Both the position numbers and the translations under genes were made by a program. Below the pieces are notes generated by a model. The model was not told the origin of the DNA and ran no database searches. It saw only the letters and a list, made by a program, of their open reading frames with translations. DNA of 64,000 bases from Paludibacter propionicigenes. GTDB lineage: Bacteria > Bacteroidota > Bacteroidia > Bacteroidales > JAIFNL01. Below are positions 1 through 9,568 of this stretch, piece after piece. The stretch lies in the NCBI GenBank assembly GCA_020721325.1, contig DYNA01000002.1, positions 1 to 64,000 of the forward strand, read 5' to 3'. How positions within the stretch are numbered: position 1 is the stretch's first letter; each line of letters begins with the position of its first letter.

Positions 1-354
1 TTTTTCATTTTTGCGTTTAATACGATTCCTTAATCATTTTTTTTTAAAGAACTAATTTTTAAAATTTAAAAAGTTAAACAAAAAATTTACTTAAACTAAT
101 TTTTAAAAATTTAAAAAATTAAACAAAAAAAAATTGATATTTTTCAGTGCCCGCTTGATATCCTTTTATTATTAAGGAAAACATCTATATGTCTATTGAC
201 ACATTTTTAAAATATCTTGAAACAAAGTTACAAAATATTTTAATACGAGTCAAGTTTTTTTAATATTTTTTTCAAAAAAAATCATTTTTTTTTATTTTTC
301 TTTTGAAAGAAAATATCTATTTGATTTTTAATATGCTACAAAATTAGTTTAAAA

Positions 355-1170
355 CTATTTAGAATTTTTCATAAGCACCTCCATTTGTGGAAATGGTATT
401 TCAATATGAGCTTGATTTAAAGCTACTTTGGCTTGTTCATAAATATCAAAATAAACTGTCCAATAATCTTCGGGCTTTGAATATGGTCGAACTGCCAATT
501 TGACAGCACTTTCGCCTAATTCCGATACTCCAACAAATGGCTCAGGATTTTTTAAAACTTTGGGGTGCTTTTGCATGGCTTCGATTAAAACACTTTTAGC
601 TTGCTTAATATCAGCCGAATAAGATATGCCCATAGTTAAATCGACCCGAATAATGCCTTGAGTTGTATAATTTGTTATGCTTCCGTTTGAAATAGCTCCA
701 TTTGGAATTATAACTGTCTTATTTTCAGGCGTTAACAATACAGTAACAAAAATTTGAATTTCTTTTACATTTCCTGTATATCCTTGTGTTTCAATTAAAT
801 CGCCTACTTTGTAAGGTTTGAAAATTAGTATCAAAACTCCACCTGCAAAATTTGCTAAAGTACCCTGAAGTGCTAACCCAACTGCCAAACCGGCTGCTCC
901 AATTATTGCCACAAATGATGTCGTTTCTATGCCAACCATGCTGGCTACACTTATGATTAACAGTGCTTTAAGTAAGATATTTATCAAACTTACTAAAAAA
1001 GAAGACAAGGAAATATCAAGTTGATTGCGCTTCATTATTTTTCCTGTTAAACGAGTTAAACGATTGATAATCATTATACCCACAATTAAAACAACTAAAG
1101 CTAATAACACTTTTGTTCCATAAATAGAAAAATAATCAAAAATTTGAGCAGTATATTTTTCGAAATTCAT
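355..1170 (-). CDS. Small-conductance mechanosensitive channel (MscS family)
   Basis: 271 aa with N-terminal TM helices followed by a beta-domain block (GDLIETQGYTGNVKEIQIFVTVLLTPENKTVIIPNGAISNGSITNY) typical of the MscS fold. Confidence 0.8.
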   Translation of the reverse strand: MNFEKYTAQIFDYFSIYGTKVLLALVVLIVGIMIINRLTRLTGKIMKRNQLDISLSSFLVSLINILLKALLIISVASMVGIETTSFVAIIGAAGLAVGLALQGTLANFAGGVLILIFKPYKVGDLIETQGYTGNVKEIQIFVTVLLTPENKTVIIPNGAISNGSITNYTTQGIIRVDLTMGISYSADIKQAKSVLIEAMQKHPKVLKNPEPFVGVSELGESAVKLAVRPYSKPEDYWTVYFDIYEQAKVALNQAHIEIPFPQMEVLMKNSK

Positions 1171-1281
1171 AATATTAAAAATTTAAAAAGTAAAAAAAGT
1201 TTATTTTGTAAAATTCAAAGACTTAAAAAAAAGCAAGACTCAGTTACTGGTCTTGCTTTTTTTAAACTAAATTTTAAATAA

Positions 1282-1470
1282 TTATTTGTATTTGATTACG
1301 TCCACCGGACAATTTTCGGCGGCATCTTTAATATCGTTTTCATTGGCAGCGAAATCAGCACCATTTTTAACTGTCGAAACATCGTCTAATTCAAATACAT
1401 CGGGACAAGTTTCTTCGCATAAACCGCAAGAGGTACAACCGTCTTCAATCCAAACTTTTTGTATAGCCAT
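1282..1470 (-). CDS. 4Fe-4S ferredoxin
   Basis: 62 aa with CTSCGLCEETCP plus a second Cys cluster (ENCP), the classic small bacterial ferredoxin pattern. Confidence 0.8.
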   Translation of the reverse strand: MAIQKVWIEDGCTSCGLCEETCPDVFELDDVSTVKNGADFAANENDIKDAAENCPVDVIKYK

Positions 1471-1708
1471 TTTTTTGCTTTTTTTTAAGGTTTTTAAATC
1501 AATTGAGTTTTTTATTTTTATAATTCGATATTTTTTTTATTAATTCATTGAAATATAAATATTTACATAAAATTATTAGTTCAAAAAAAATTATTAAAAC
1601 AATTCCATTCCAATTATATAAAAAAAATTACCGATTTATTTTACTTTGCAAATATCTAAAATTTATCGAATAAAAAAAACTTTTTTCTTAATTTTCTGAA
1701 AAAAAAAA

Positions 1709-1734
1709 CCGCTCAAATCCAATTGAGCGGTTTT
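1709..1734. terminator. Bidirectional intrinsic terminator hairpin
   Basis: ccgctcaa-atcc-aattgagcgg stem-loop flanked by an A-run upstream and TTTT downstream. On the minus strand it lies directly 3' of the tRNA. Confidence 0.6.
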
Positions 1735-1741
1735 ATCTGGG

Positions 1742-1815
1742 TGAACGCAGATGGATTCGAACCATCGACCTACAGCTTAGAAGGCTGTTGCTCTATCCAA
1801 CTGAGCTATGCGTCC
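1742..1815 (-). tRNA. tRNA-Arg (anticodon TCT)
   Basis: Reverse complement reads GGACGCATAGCTCAGTTGGATAGAGCAACAGCCTTCTAAGCTGTAGGTCGATGGTTCGAATCCATCTGCGTTCA, 74 nt. It has a 7-bp acceptor stem with one G-U pair, D-loop AGTTGGATA, anticodon loop CTTCTAA and T-loop TTCGAATCC. CCA is not encoded. Confidence 0.85.
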
Positions 1816-1889
1816 TTCCTCTTTTGCGGGTGCAAAGATATAAACTTTTTAAATAATGACAAATTTTTTTTTATTTTTTTTCAATTTTT

Positions 1890-4259
1890 TTAGAAATTTA
1901 TTAATGTATCTTTTTCAAAATACTGATTTTTAAGTATTTGGCTTACTTCTTCTTTTGTATAATTTGTATTTTGCTTTAAAATATTTCTTATTTTTTCTTT
2001 GTCGTAAGCTATTTCATATTTTGTAGAATCGCCCGAAAATAATAGATAAACGCCCATTTTGGCTTTTTCATCTTTTACAAAATCCGTCCGTTTTTTCAAT
2101 TTATTGGTTAAAAAGCTGTACAAACCTATTTTTATAGCAAATTGAAACGAACTATTCATATTGTAAATACCTGAAACAGACATATTTAATATCTGAGAAT
2201 TTAATTTCATTTCCGGTACATTTACAATTCCGTTTTGCATAACAAATTCATTTTCAAGCTCTGTAAATTCTATTTTCTTTAACTCATTTATTTTTACAAA
2301 ATTTGATAAACTTTCAAGAGGTTGGTAATCAAGCAATTTTCCATTTTTCAGTTTCGTTTTGGTATGCACTAAATTTTTGATATAGAGCATATTAAAACTA
2401 TAATCATAAAACAACGAAAATGTATTTTCTGACCACAATTTCCCTTCAATGTTTTCGTGCAAAAGTGATGTTTGCCAGAAATTATCAAAAGCTATAAAAG
2501 CTTTTTTAACATCAAGTTCTTCAAAATTAGAGTGTTTACTCCTTATATTAATCCATTCGTTGGTAAAAATAAGCTCGTAATTTCCACTTATTTTCCCTTT
2601 GAGTGCATTCATTTCTAAATTGTTAAATTTCAATGAATTGGATTTACTTTCCAATTTAAAATGCACCTCTTCGGCTTGAAATTTTTCATATTCAAAATCT
2701 TCAATTTTACAATCCAAATTAAGATTCAGTTTTTGATAAAATGACTGTTTTTTTTGTAACGAATTTAGGCTATCTAATTTATTTTCAACAATATTAGTTG
2801 TATCAACAAATAAAAAATCTGCAACGTTCAAATGCTCGGAATTTAATTCTCCTTTTATGGTAAGCCATTGGCTTTTTCCGGCTAAAAAATCAAAAATATT
2901 TTCCGATTTTCCTACAAATTTTATTTCCGAAGACAAAAAATTAGTTTCCAATTCTTTGATTTCCAGCAAATTGTTATTAATTGTAAAACGTGTATTTCCC
3001 AAAAATTCATTACCGTTCCAATTCACTTTCAAATCATCTGCCTCAAAATCAACACGTAAGTAACTTCCTTCGCTGTAACCCAATTTGAAGTTTTTTGATA
3101 ATTTTCCTTTATAGCTAAAATCGGAAACTATTGAACCAGAATAACTTGCTAAGCTATCTAAGGCGAAAAAAGGTGAAATAAAATTGCCCATTTCGGACAA
3201 ATCCAAATTCATTTCACCATCTAATTCAAGCAAAGGCGAAGAAAATTGCGATAATTTTGCGCTTAAATTTAATGTACTATTGTCTATTTCGGCTCTAATT
3301 TTTTCAATTTTTAAATAAGAATTATCTCCGTCAAAATAAGAAAGTTTAAAACTAATTTCGCCGTTTTTGGCTTTGTTTGGAAAGTAACCAGCTATCGATT
3401 CGGGTACTAATTCATAAAATAGCAAATAGTCTAAATCATTGGCATTCAATCGAAAACTTAATTCTTCGGCATCAATATTGTATTTTAGCTCCAAATTAAA
3501 ATCTAAATTGTTGAGTTCTAAATCAGATTCGTCAATATTAAAAACACCGGATTTTTCAAAAAATCGGGCATCGGCTTTTAATGTCTTGTTTTTTATCCAA
3601 ACTTGTTGATTATAAACAACTTTATAAATGAATACTTGGCTTTCGGTTTTCAACTCATAACCTTCACGCGCAAAATGCCCCGACACAAAACTATCTTCTA
3701 ACTTGCATGAAAATGAAATTTTGTTAAATTTATCAATAAAATTTAAGTCTGTATTTTTAAAACTTACTTTTTGAAGAATTAATTCAAATTTTGAAGGCTC
3801 ATTTTCATTGCTTTCTTGCCAAAAATGGTAATTTGTTTTATTCTGAGCATCGGTTAAAATGCAAATTTCTGCGTTTTCAACATCAAGCCGTGTTATTTTA
3901 AATTTATCGCTCAAAACATCAATAATATTGAACGATAAATAGATTTTTTCTGCTTTTACTATATTTGAAACTACGTTTTTTTCAAATTGCTTTTTGTCGA
4001 AATCATTTGTAGAAAGTAATTCAATATCAATTAGTTCCACACTCGCATTGGGAAATTTTTTTAGTATCGAAAAATTTACCTTTTCTATTTTTAACTCGGT
4101 TTTTATATTTTTATTGAGTTCGTTTATGATTAATTCTGCTACTTTATCACCATAAAAAAAAGCCACTATACTACTGAAAATAAGGAAAATAGCAAATAGA
4201 AGAATGATAAAAAGTCCCGAAAACTTTAAATATTTTTTTGTTTTTGCATCTAATTTCAT
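1890..4259 (-). CDS. AsmA-family outer-membrane assembly protein (large, N-terminal TM anchor)
   Basis: 789 aa, single N-terminal TM helix (FSGLFIILLFAIFLIFSSIVAFF) then a long beta-rich periplasmic region. Size and architecture match the AsmA/TamB-like family. No sharp motif, so the family call is tentative. Confidence 0.5.
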   Translation of the reverse strand: MKLDAKTKKYLKFSGLFIILLFAIFLIFSSIVAFFYGDKVAELIINELNKNIKTELKIEKVNFSILKKFPNASVELIDIELLSTNDFDKKQFEKNVVSNIVKAEKIYLSFNIIDVLSDKFKITRLDVENAEICILTDAQNKTNYHFWQESNENEPSKFELILQKVSFKNTDLNFIDKFNKISFSCKLEDSFVSGHFAREGYELKTESQVFIYKVVYNQQVWIKNKTLKADARFFEKSGVFNIDESDLELNNLDFNLELKYNIDAEELSFRLNANDLDYLLFYELVPESIAGYFPNKAKNGEISFKLSYFDGDNSYLKIEKIRAEIDNSTLNLSAKLSQFSSPLLELDGEMNLDLSEMGNFISPFFALDSLASYSGSIVSDFSYKGKLSKNFKLGYSEGSYLRVDFEADDLKVNWNGNEFLGNTRFTINNNLLEIKELETNFLSSEIKFVGKSENIFDFLAGKSQWLTIKGELNSEHLNVADFLFVDTTNIVENKLDSLNSLQKKQSFYQKLNLNLDCKIEDFEYEKFQAEEVHFKLESKSNSLKFNNLEMNALKGKISGNYELIFTNEWINIRSKHSNFEELDVKKAFIAFDNFWQTSLLHENIEGKLWSENTFSLFYDYSFNMLYIKNLVHTKTKLKNGKLLDYQPLESLSNFVKINELKKIEFTELENEFVMQNGIVNVPEMKLNSQILNMSVSGIYNMNSSFQFAIKIGLYSFLTNKLKKRTDFVKDEKAKMGVYLLFSGDSTKYEIAYDKEKIRNILKQNTNYTKEEVSQILKNQYFEKDTLINF

Positions 4260-4647
4260 AATTTTTTTATAAATTTACAGTATATTTTAATTTAAAATTT
4301 GTTAATTTTTTTTTTAAATTATATGAAATCCAAACGGTTAATTTGAATAAAATAATATATAACTCTTTGAAAATCATATATTTTATTTTTTCCATGTAAA
4401 AATTAATATTTTTTTTAAATTAAAGTTTAAAAAAAATTATGATTTTTTTTTAGATAAAATAAAAAGAATTTTTCAAAAAAAGAGAAAATATTAAAACTAA
4501 TTTTAGAAAAATAAACTTTTTTTTAAAAATATAAAAACTGCTATTTTTAACTTTTTTTTTACATATAAAATTATACAAAATTAATAATTGTACAACAAAT
4601 TAAAAACTTTTTTTTAAAGTTTTTTACAAAAAAATTTTATTAAAAAT

Positions 4648-5694
4648 ATGGCAATAAAAGTTGGACGCTGGGATTGTTCTGTTTGTGGACAAAAAGGCAA
4701 TTTAGGACCTGAAAAACAATGCAAAAGTTGTGGTTCGGCACGTCCTGAGAACGTTAAATTTTATTTAACTTCCGATGCCGAAATTGTAATAGACCAAAAC
4801 AAATTAAAAGAAGCAAAAAGCGGTGCAGACTGGGTTTGCTCGTACTGTAAATCGCACAATAAAGCTACCGAAACTCATTGTCATACTTGCGGAAACGACC
4901 GCGAGGTAGCTGACGGCGACAAAAGTTTACAGCAAAAAGAAAATTATTTTGACGGACGCCATTTGCAAAATAAACCGATAACTTTGAACAATTCTAAAAA
5001 ATCGAAGCTAAAATTGGGTGCAAAAATTGGTTTGGCGGTTGTAGCTTTGCTGGTTTTATTTCCGCTTTCAACTCTTTTTACAAAAGAAATTGAGGTGGAA
5101 GTTACTGGTTTTGAATGGGAACGCGTCATTGAATTGGAAGAATACAAAGAAGTACTTGAGGAAGATTGGAAAATACCAAACGGTGGACGACAAGTAGAAA
5201 GTTATAGAGCTTTGCATCACTACGACGAAATTCCGACCGGAACGGTTACTAAAACGCGTACAGTTGAGGAACAAGTTGGAACAGAAAGTGTTAAGGTCGG
5301 CGAACGCGATTTAGGAAACGGTTATTTTGAAGATATTTACGAAGAAAAACCCATTTACGAAACGCGCGAAGAAACCTACGAAGAAACGGTATATAAAAAG
5401 GAAGCTGTTTATCAGACAAAATACAAGTATATGATATTCAAGTGGAAAGAAATGAAACCCTTGAAAACGACAGCTAAAGATAGAACGCCAAAATGGGCTG
5501 AATTGCCTAATAATCAGAATAAAACACGTGAAAAGTCAAAAAAAGAAACTTATTGGGTAATTTTAAATGTAGAAGGCGAAGAAAATAAAGACGAAATAAG
5601 TTTTCAAAAATGGAATTTAATAAAAAAAGGCGATAAATTAAAGGCAAAAAAATCGCTCATTTATGGCGTTTTTATCGGATTAAAAGAAAAATAA
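4648..5694 (+). CDS. Hypothetical membrane protein with two N-terminal zinc-ribbon motifs
   Basis: Two CxxC...CxxC ribbons (CSVCGQ...CKSCGS and CSYCKS...CHTCGN), one TM helix (IGLAVVALLVLFPLSTLF) and a 200-aa E/K/Y/T-rich C-terminal domain with no recognisable family. Confidence 0.6.
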   Translation: MAIKVGRWDCSVCGQKGNLGPEKQCKSCGSARPENVKFYLTSDAEIVIDQNKLKEAKSGADWVCSYCKSHNKATETHCHTCGNDREVADGDKSLQQKENYFDGRHLQNKPITLNNSKKSKLKLGAKIGLAVVALLVLFPLSTLFTKEIEVEVTGFEWERVIELEEYKEVLEEDWKIPNGGRQVESYRALHHYDEIPTGTVTKTRTVEEQVGTESVKVGERDLGNGYFEDIYEEKPIYETREETYEETVYKKEAVYQTKYKYMIFKWKEMKPLKTTAKDRTPKWAELPNNQNKTREKSKKETYWVILNVEGEENKDEISFQKWNLIKKGDKLKAKKSLIYGVFIGLKEK

Positions 5695-5951
5695 AAAATA
5701 AAAAAAATTCATTTTCATTTTTTTATTTCAATATAAATTGTTAAATTTGACTATTCAATTTAAAGTTCTCTTTTTTTTAAAAAAAGGCTTCTTATATGAA
5801 TTAATAAGCTGATTTTCAATAAATTTTAAAATCAAACTTTTTAAAATAAAACATAAAATTAAAGAAAAAAAATAACTGAAACAGTTGATATTCAATTATT
5901 TTTGACAAGAAAAAGAATTTTCAATTATAAACAACAATAAATAAAAATGTT

Positions 5952-6542
5952 ATGCTATTAGATATTTCGCAATGGTGGGCTGGAATTGATAGTGCAGTAG
6001 AAAAAATCTACTGGATTATTGCTTTTCCGGCAACGTTAATCTTTATCATTCAAACAGTTATGACTTTTATCGGTAGCGATGTAGATGCCGATGGCGACAT
6101 GGACATGCACCACGATGGAGATTTAGATGGTGCTGGTTTTCATATACTTACACTCAAAAATTTAATTGCATTTTTTGCTATATTTTCATGGACTGGAATT
6201 GCGATGACGCAAGCCGGTGTAAATCCGTTTATTACAGGTATTTTGGCTCTTATTGCAGGTGTTGTAATGATGTTTATCATGGCTTCGCTTTTTTATTTTA
6301 TGAGCAAACTCACTGATAGTGGCACACTTAACATGAACAATGCCATTGGAAAAGTGGGAACGGTTTATTTGACAATAGCCGCTAATAAACAACGACAAGG
6401 CAAAGTGCAAATAAAAGTACAAAATTCGCTACAAACCCTCAATGCTCTGACCGAAGACTCTGAAGAAATTAAAACCGGTTCGTTGGTAGAGGTTGTAGAT
6501 GTTATCAATGAAAATATTCTTTTGGTAAAACGAAAAAGATAA
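5952..6542 (+). CDS. NfeD-like / YqiJ-like membrane protein
   Basis: 196 aa with N-terminal TM helices, an Asp/His-rich acidic loop (DVDADGDMDMHHDGDLDGAG) and a C-terminal OB-like segment (GKVQIKVQNSLQTLNAL...GSLVEVVDV). It sits directly upstream of a flotillin gene, as in the yqiJ-yqiK arrangement. Confidence 0.6.
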   Translation: MLLDISQWWAGIDSAVEKIYWIIAFPATLIFIIQTVMTFIGSDVDADGDMDMHHDGDLDGAGFHILTLKNLIAFFAIFSWTGIAMTQAGVNPFITGILALIAGVVMMFIMASLFYFMSKLTDSGTLNMNNAIGKVGTVYLTIAANKQRQGKVQIKVQNSLQTLNALTEDSEEIKTGSLVEVVDVINENILLVKRKR

Positions 6543-6645
6543 TTTTTTTTAAAAATTTATTTTATAAAAAAAATATTTATAAAACTTTTTTTAACTTAAA
6601 ACTTTATAATTTTTTAATTCATTTCTTAAACTAATTTTAAAAAAT

Positions 6646-8124
6646 ATGCAAGCATTTGTTATAGTAGTAACAGTGGCAGTTGTAGCCATTTTTGTGTTGA
6701 TTATAGCCGTTTTGCGCCGTTACAAACGCTGTCCGTCAGACAGAATCTTGGTAGTTTACGGTAAAGTAGGCAAAAACAAAGAAGGCACCGGACGTAGCGC
6801 ACGCTGTATTCACGGGGGCGCAGCATTTATCTGGCCTGTAATTCAAGACTATGAATTTCTCGACCTCACTCCAATTCCTATCGAAGTGGATTTGCGAGGA
6901 GCTTTGTCAAAACAAAACATTCGTGTAAACGTGCCTTCGCGCTTCATGGTAGGTATTTCTACCGAACCCGGAATTATGGACAATGCTGCCGAACGTCTTT
7001 TGGGACAAAATCTGGAACAAGTACGAATTTTAGCCGAAGATATAATTTTCGGTCAATTGCGCGTTGTTATTGCCACCATGAACATTGAAGAAATTAACAA
7101 CGACCGCGAAAAATTCCTCCTTCACATATCTGAAGGTGTTGAGCATGAGGTACAAAAGATTGGTTTGAAACTTATAAACGTAAACGTAACCGACATAACC
7201 GATGCCAGCGGTTATATCGATGCTTTAGGTAAAGAAGCTGCATCTCAAGCCATTAACGAAGCTAAAAAAGTGGTTGCCGAGAAAAATAGAGACGGTTCGA
7301 TTGGGGAAGCTGAAGCGCAAAAAGACCAACGTATTCGCGTTTCGGCTGCGTTTGCATCAGCCAAAATTGGGGAAGCTGAAGCCGAGAAAAACGAACGTGT
7401 GGCGGTTTCAAAAGCCAATTCTAATGCGGTAGAAGGTGAAAACTTAGCCAAAATTACAATTGCCAACTCCGATGCCAGCCGTAGAGTTAGTGAAGCGGAA
7501 GCTCGAAAATTAGCGGTAACCGCTGAAAAAACAAACGACGCGCAAGCCCTTGAAGAATCATACAAAGCCGAAAAAATGGCGGAAGAAAGTCGTGCCGAAA
7601 AACTTAAAGCTACCCAATTTGCCGACATTATCGTTCCGGTTGAAATTGAAAAGCAAAAAATTGAGATTTCTGCCGAAGCCAATGCCGAACAAATTCGTAG
7701 AATTGCCAAAGGTCAAGCCGATGCCACTTTCTTTAAAATGGAAGCCGAAGCCAAAGGTATTTTTGAAATTTTGAGCAAGCAAGCTGCCGGTTTCACTCAA
7801 ATAGTAAAAGCTGCAAACGACGACGCCGACAAAGCTGCCATGTTGATGATTACCGACAAATTAGAAAACTTAGTGAAAACTCAAGTGGAAGCCATCAAAA
7901 ACATTGAAATTGACAAAATTACCGTTTGGGAAAATGGCGGCGGGGCTAACGGTGGCTCTTCAACTGCCAATTTTATGAAAAATATGATGAGTGCCGTGCC
8001 TCCATTGCAAGATTTATTTAACATGGCTGGAATGAATTTGCCCGAATATTTAAAAGGCAAAGCCATTGAAAAACAAGATAAATCAAGCAATAAACAAATA
8101 GAAGAAGTAAAAATAGAAAAATAA
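6646..8124 (+). CDS. Flotillin-like SPFH/band-7 protein (YqiK/FloT-like)
   Basis: 492 aa with N-terminal TM, an SPFH domain, then a long Ala/Glu-rich coiled coil with repeated EAEAQK/EAEAEK/EAEARK units, as in bacterial flotillins. Confidence 0.8.
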   Translation: MQAFVIVVTVAVVAIFVLIIAVLRRYKRCPSDRILVVYGKVGKNKEGTGRSARCIHGGAAFIWPVIQDYEFLDLTPIPIEVDLRGALSKQNIRVNVPSRFMVGISTEPGIMDNAAERLLGQNLEQVRILAEDIIFGQLRVVIATMNIEEINNDREKFLLHISEGVEHEVQKIGLKLINVNVTDITDASGYIDALGKEAASQAINEAKKVVAEKNRDGSIGEAEAQKDQRIRVSAAFASAKIGEAEAEKNERVAVSKANSNAVEGENLAKITIANSDASRRVSEAEARKLAVTAEKTNDAQALEESYKAEKMAEESRAEKLKATQFADIIVPVEIEKQKIEISAEANAEQIRRIAKGQADATFFKMEAEAKGIFEILSKQAAGFTQIVKAANDDADKAAMLMITDKLENLVKTQVEAIKNIEIDKITVWENGGGANGGSSTANFMKNMMSAVPPLQDLFNMAGMNLPEYLKGKAIEKQDKSSNKQIEEVKIEK

Positions 8125-8150
8125 AATCTTTTTTTAGTTATTCTTTTAAA

Positions 8151-8177
8151 CCCGATTTACAAAATCGGGTTTTTTTT
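8151..8177 (+). terminator. Intrinsic terminator after the flotillin gene
   Basis: cccgattt-acaa-aatcggg hairpin followed by a run of 8 T. Confidence 0.6.
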
Positions 8178-8324
8178 ATTTTCAAGCGTATTAAAAATGC
8201 GAAAATATTTTTTAATACCTAAAAAAATTATTAATTTTGGCACTTGAATAAAAAAATTGTAATTTCGATATCAAACTTTCGTTTATTAAACAAATAAATA
8301 TCCGATTCGTTTGTTTTTTTAACT

Positions 8325-8452
8325 AAAAAATCCGCAAGCCATTGCATCAATCGGTTAATAAACAACTTGTTGATGATTAATTTATACGCATTTTTTAAAC
8401 AATTGATACAATGACTTTTCAATTCGTTTTAAAAAAAATAGCGGATTTATAC
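8325..8452. repeat. Copy A of a repeated noncoding element of about 125 nt (second copy at 33795..33925)
   Basis: Shared core: aaaatccgcaa...caatNNgttaataaacaRctNNttgatgaNta...caaacaattgaNac...gcggattt. Both copies are bracketed by an atccgc/gcggat inverted repeat. Both lie in intergenic DNA where only short spurious ORFs are predicted. Confidence 0.5.
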
Positions 8453-8505
8453 TTTATTCGGTTCTAATTTGAGCTTTTATTTTTATATAATTGCTTTGTA
8501 ATTAG

Positions 8506-8538
8506 AACTTTGCCAAAGTTTTGAACTTTGGCAAAGTT
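8506..8538. promoter_or_regulatory. Pair of perfect 15-bp inverted repeats (aactttgccaaagtt - ttg - aactttggcaaagtt) upstream of the cold-shock gene
   Basis: Arm 2 is the exact reverse complement of arm 1 and each arm is itself a near-palindrome (AACTTTG-n-CAAAGTT). It could form a 15-bp hairpin or act as a tandem operator, about 90-190 bp upstream of the csp start candidates. Confidence 0.4.
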
Positions 8539-8722
8539 ACCGTTTGCAGTATAAATAAATTGTTGAAATAAATTTTAACCTCACTAAAAATAATCCGAAA
8601 AATATTTTTTTTGATAAATAAAATAAATTATGCCGTTTTCTTTTTTTAATAAAAAAATCTTTTTTATATTTGTTGCATTCAATTTTTCTATTTTTTCAGA
8701 AACCAACGACTCAACTAATAAC

Positions 8723-8932
8723 ATGCAAGAATCAACAAAAATCTATTTCGGTGTTGTAAAATTTTACAACGAAGACAAAGGCTACGGCTATATTATTGAC
8801 AACGACACAAAAGACGAATTATTTGTGTATGAGGAAGGTATAATAGACGAAATTTACGACAACGACAACGTGAAATACAATATTCGCGATACAAGAAAAG
8901 GACTCGAAGCCTACAATGTTCGCTTACGCTAA
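8723..8932 (+). CDS. Cold-shock domain protein (CspA family)
   Basis: KIYFGVVKFYNEDKGYGYIIDND...ELFVY matches the cold-shock domain RNP motifs (GxVKWFNxxKGFGFI). The 8630 start of the six-frame ORF adds a hydrophobic leader. The internal Met at 8723 gives a typical 70-aa Csp. Confidence 0.75.
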   Translation: MQESTKIYFGVVKFYNEDKGYGYIIDNDTKDELFVYEEGIIDEIYDNDNVKYNIRDTRKGLEAYNVRLR

Positions 8933-8941
8933 AAAAAAAAA

Positions 8942-8969
8942 ACTGCTAAAAAGTAGCAGTTTTTTTTTA
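8942..8969. terminator. Bidirectional terminator between csp (+) and the lysozyme gene (-)
   Basis: A-run, actgcta-aaaa-gtagcagt hairpin, then a run of 9 T. Confidence 0.65.
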
Positions 8970-8986
8970 TGCAAAATACTTAAAAT

Positions 8987-9568
8987 TTAATCCAAATGAT
9001 ACAATTTTAATTCCCACAAACGCGTTTGATAAGAAAGCTCACTACGCATCAAACGCCCTTTTCGATTGCGAAAATGCGCCCAGCGCAAAATTTCGGCATC
9101 AATCGATTCGCCGGAAATGATTTTTTTCAACAATTTGCTCCTGCTAAAAGTTCCAACACCTTTAGAATAAACAAAATGAGCAATTGCCAATTTTTGATTG
9201 CCTTCCAAATCGGTCAAACGCTCAATGGCTCTAACGGCTTTATTAAAATCGCTTCGTAACAAGCTATCAGCCTGATACATAGAAATAGAATCGGGAAATA
9301 CTTCATCGCGCAAAACAACATGTCCGTAGCCAATAGTAGCGTGTCCACTCAAATCAATATACGATGCTCCCTTGTGATAACCTTCACGTTTTTTGATAAA
9401 TTGGAGTGTGGATTCATAGTTTTTTTTCCACTGGTGTTTTTTATTGTTCTCAAAACGTAGTTTAGAATACTCTTTGGCATGTTTCTCATCAATATCTATC
9501 GACGAAAGCTCCGTTGGCTGAAAAAGGAAACTAAAGCCGGTCAATAGAAAAATAGAAATTCGTTTCAT
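8987..9568 (-). CDS. Secreted lysozyme, glycoside hydrolase family 24 (phage T4-lysozyme-like)
   Basis: Signal peptide, then KKREGYHKGASYIDLSGHATIGYGH, resembling the GH24 EGxxxxxYxDxxGxxTIGxGH catalytic block. Confidence 0.65.
   Translation of the reverse strand: MKRISIFLLTGFSFLFQPTELSSIDIDEKHAKEYSKLRFENNKKHQWKKNYESTLQFIKKREGYHKGASYIDLSGHATIGYGHVVLRDEVFPDSISMYQADSLLRSDFNKAVRAIERLTDLEGNQKLAIAHFVYSKGVGTFSRSKLLKKIISGESIDAEILRWAHFRNRKGRLMRSELSYQTRLWELKLYHLD

Noticed and set aside
40-135. AT-only direct repeats of about 36 bp (tttaaaatttaaaaagttaaacaaaaaa x2) at the window start
   Set aside because: Pure A/T low-complexity sequence downstream of mscS. Most likely simple-sequence slippage rather than a functional repeat.
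1742-1815. tRNA-Arg as a possible integration hotspot or genomic-island boundary
   Set aside because: No integrase, direct-repeat copy of the tRNA 3' end, or compositional shift is visible on either side. The flanking genes are ordinary housekeeping.
7245-8090. Several 69-154-aa ORFs on both strands inside the flotillin gene
   Set aside because: They are antisense or alternative frames of the Ala/Glu-rich coiled-coil repeat region, with low-complexity translations (Ala/Ser or Lys/Pro runs) typical of frame artefacts.
8231-8422. 63-aa minus-strand ORF (and the analogous 71-aa ORF at 33816..34031)
   Set aside because: Both lie on the repeated 125-nt element and share a peptide only because the DNA repeat is shared. 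No start context or motifs. Judged noncoding.
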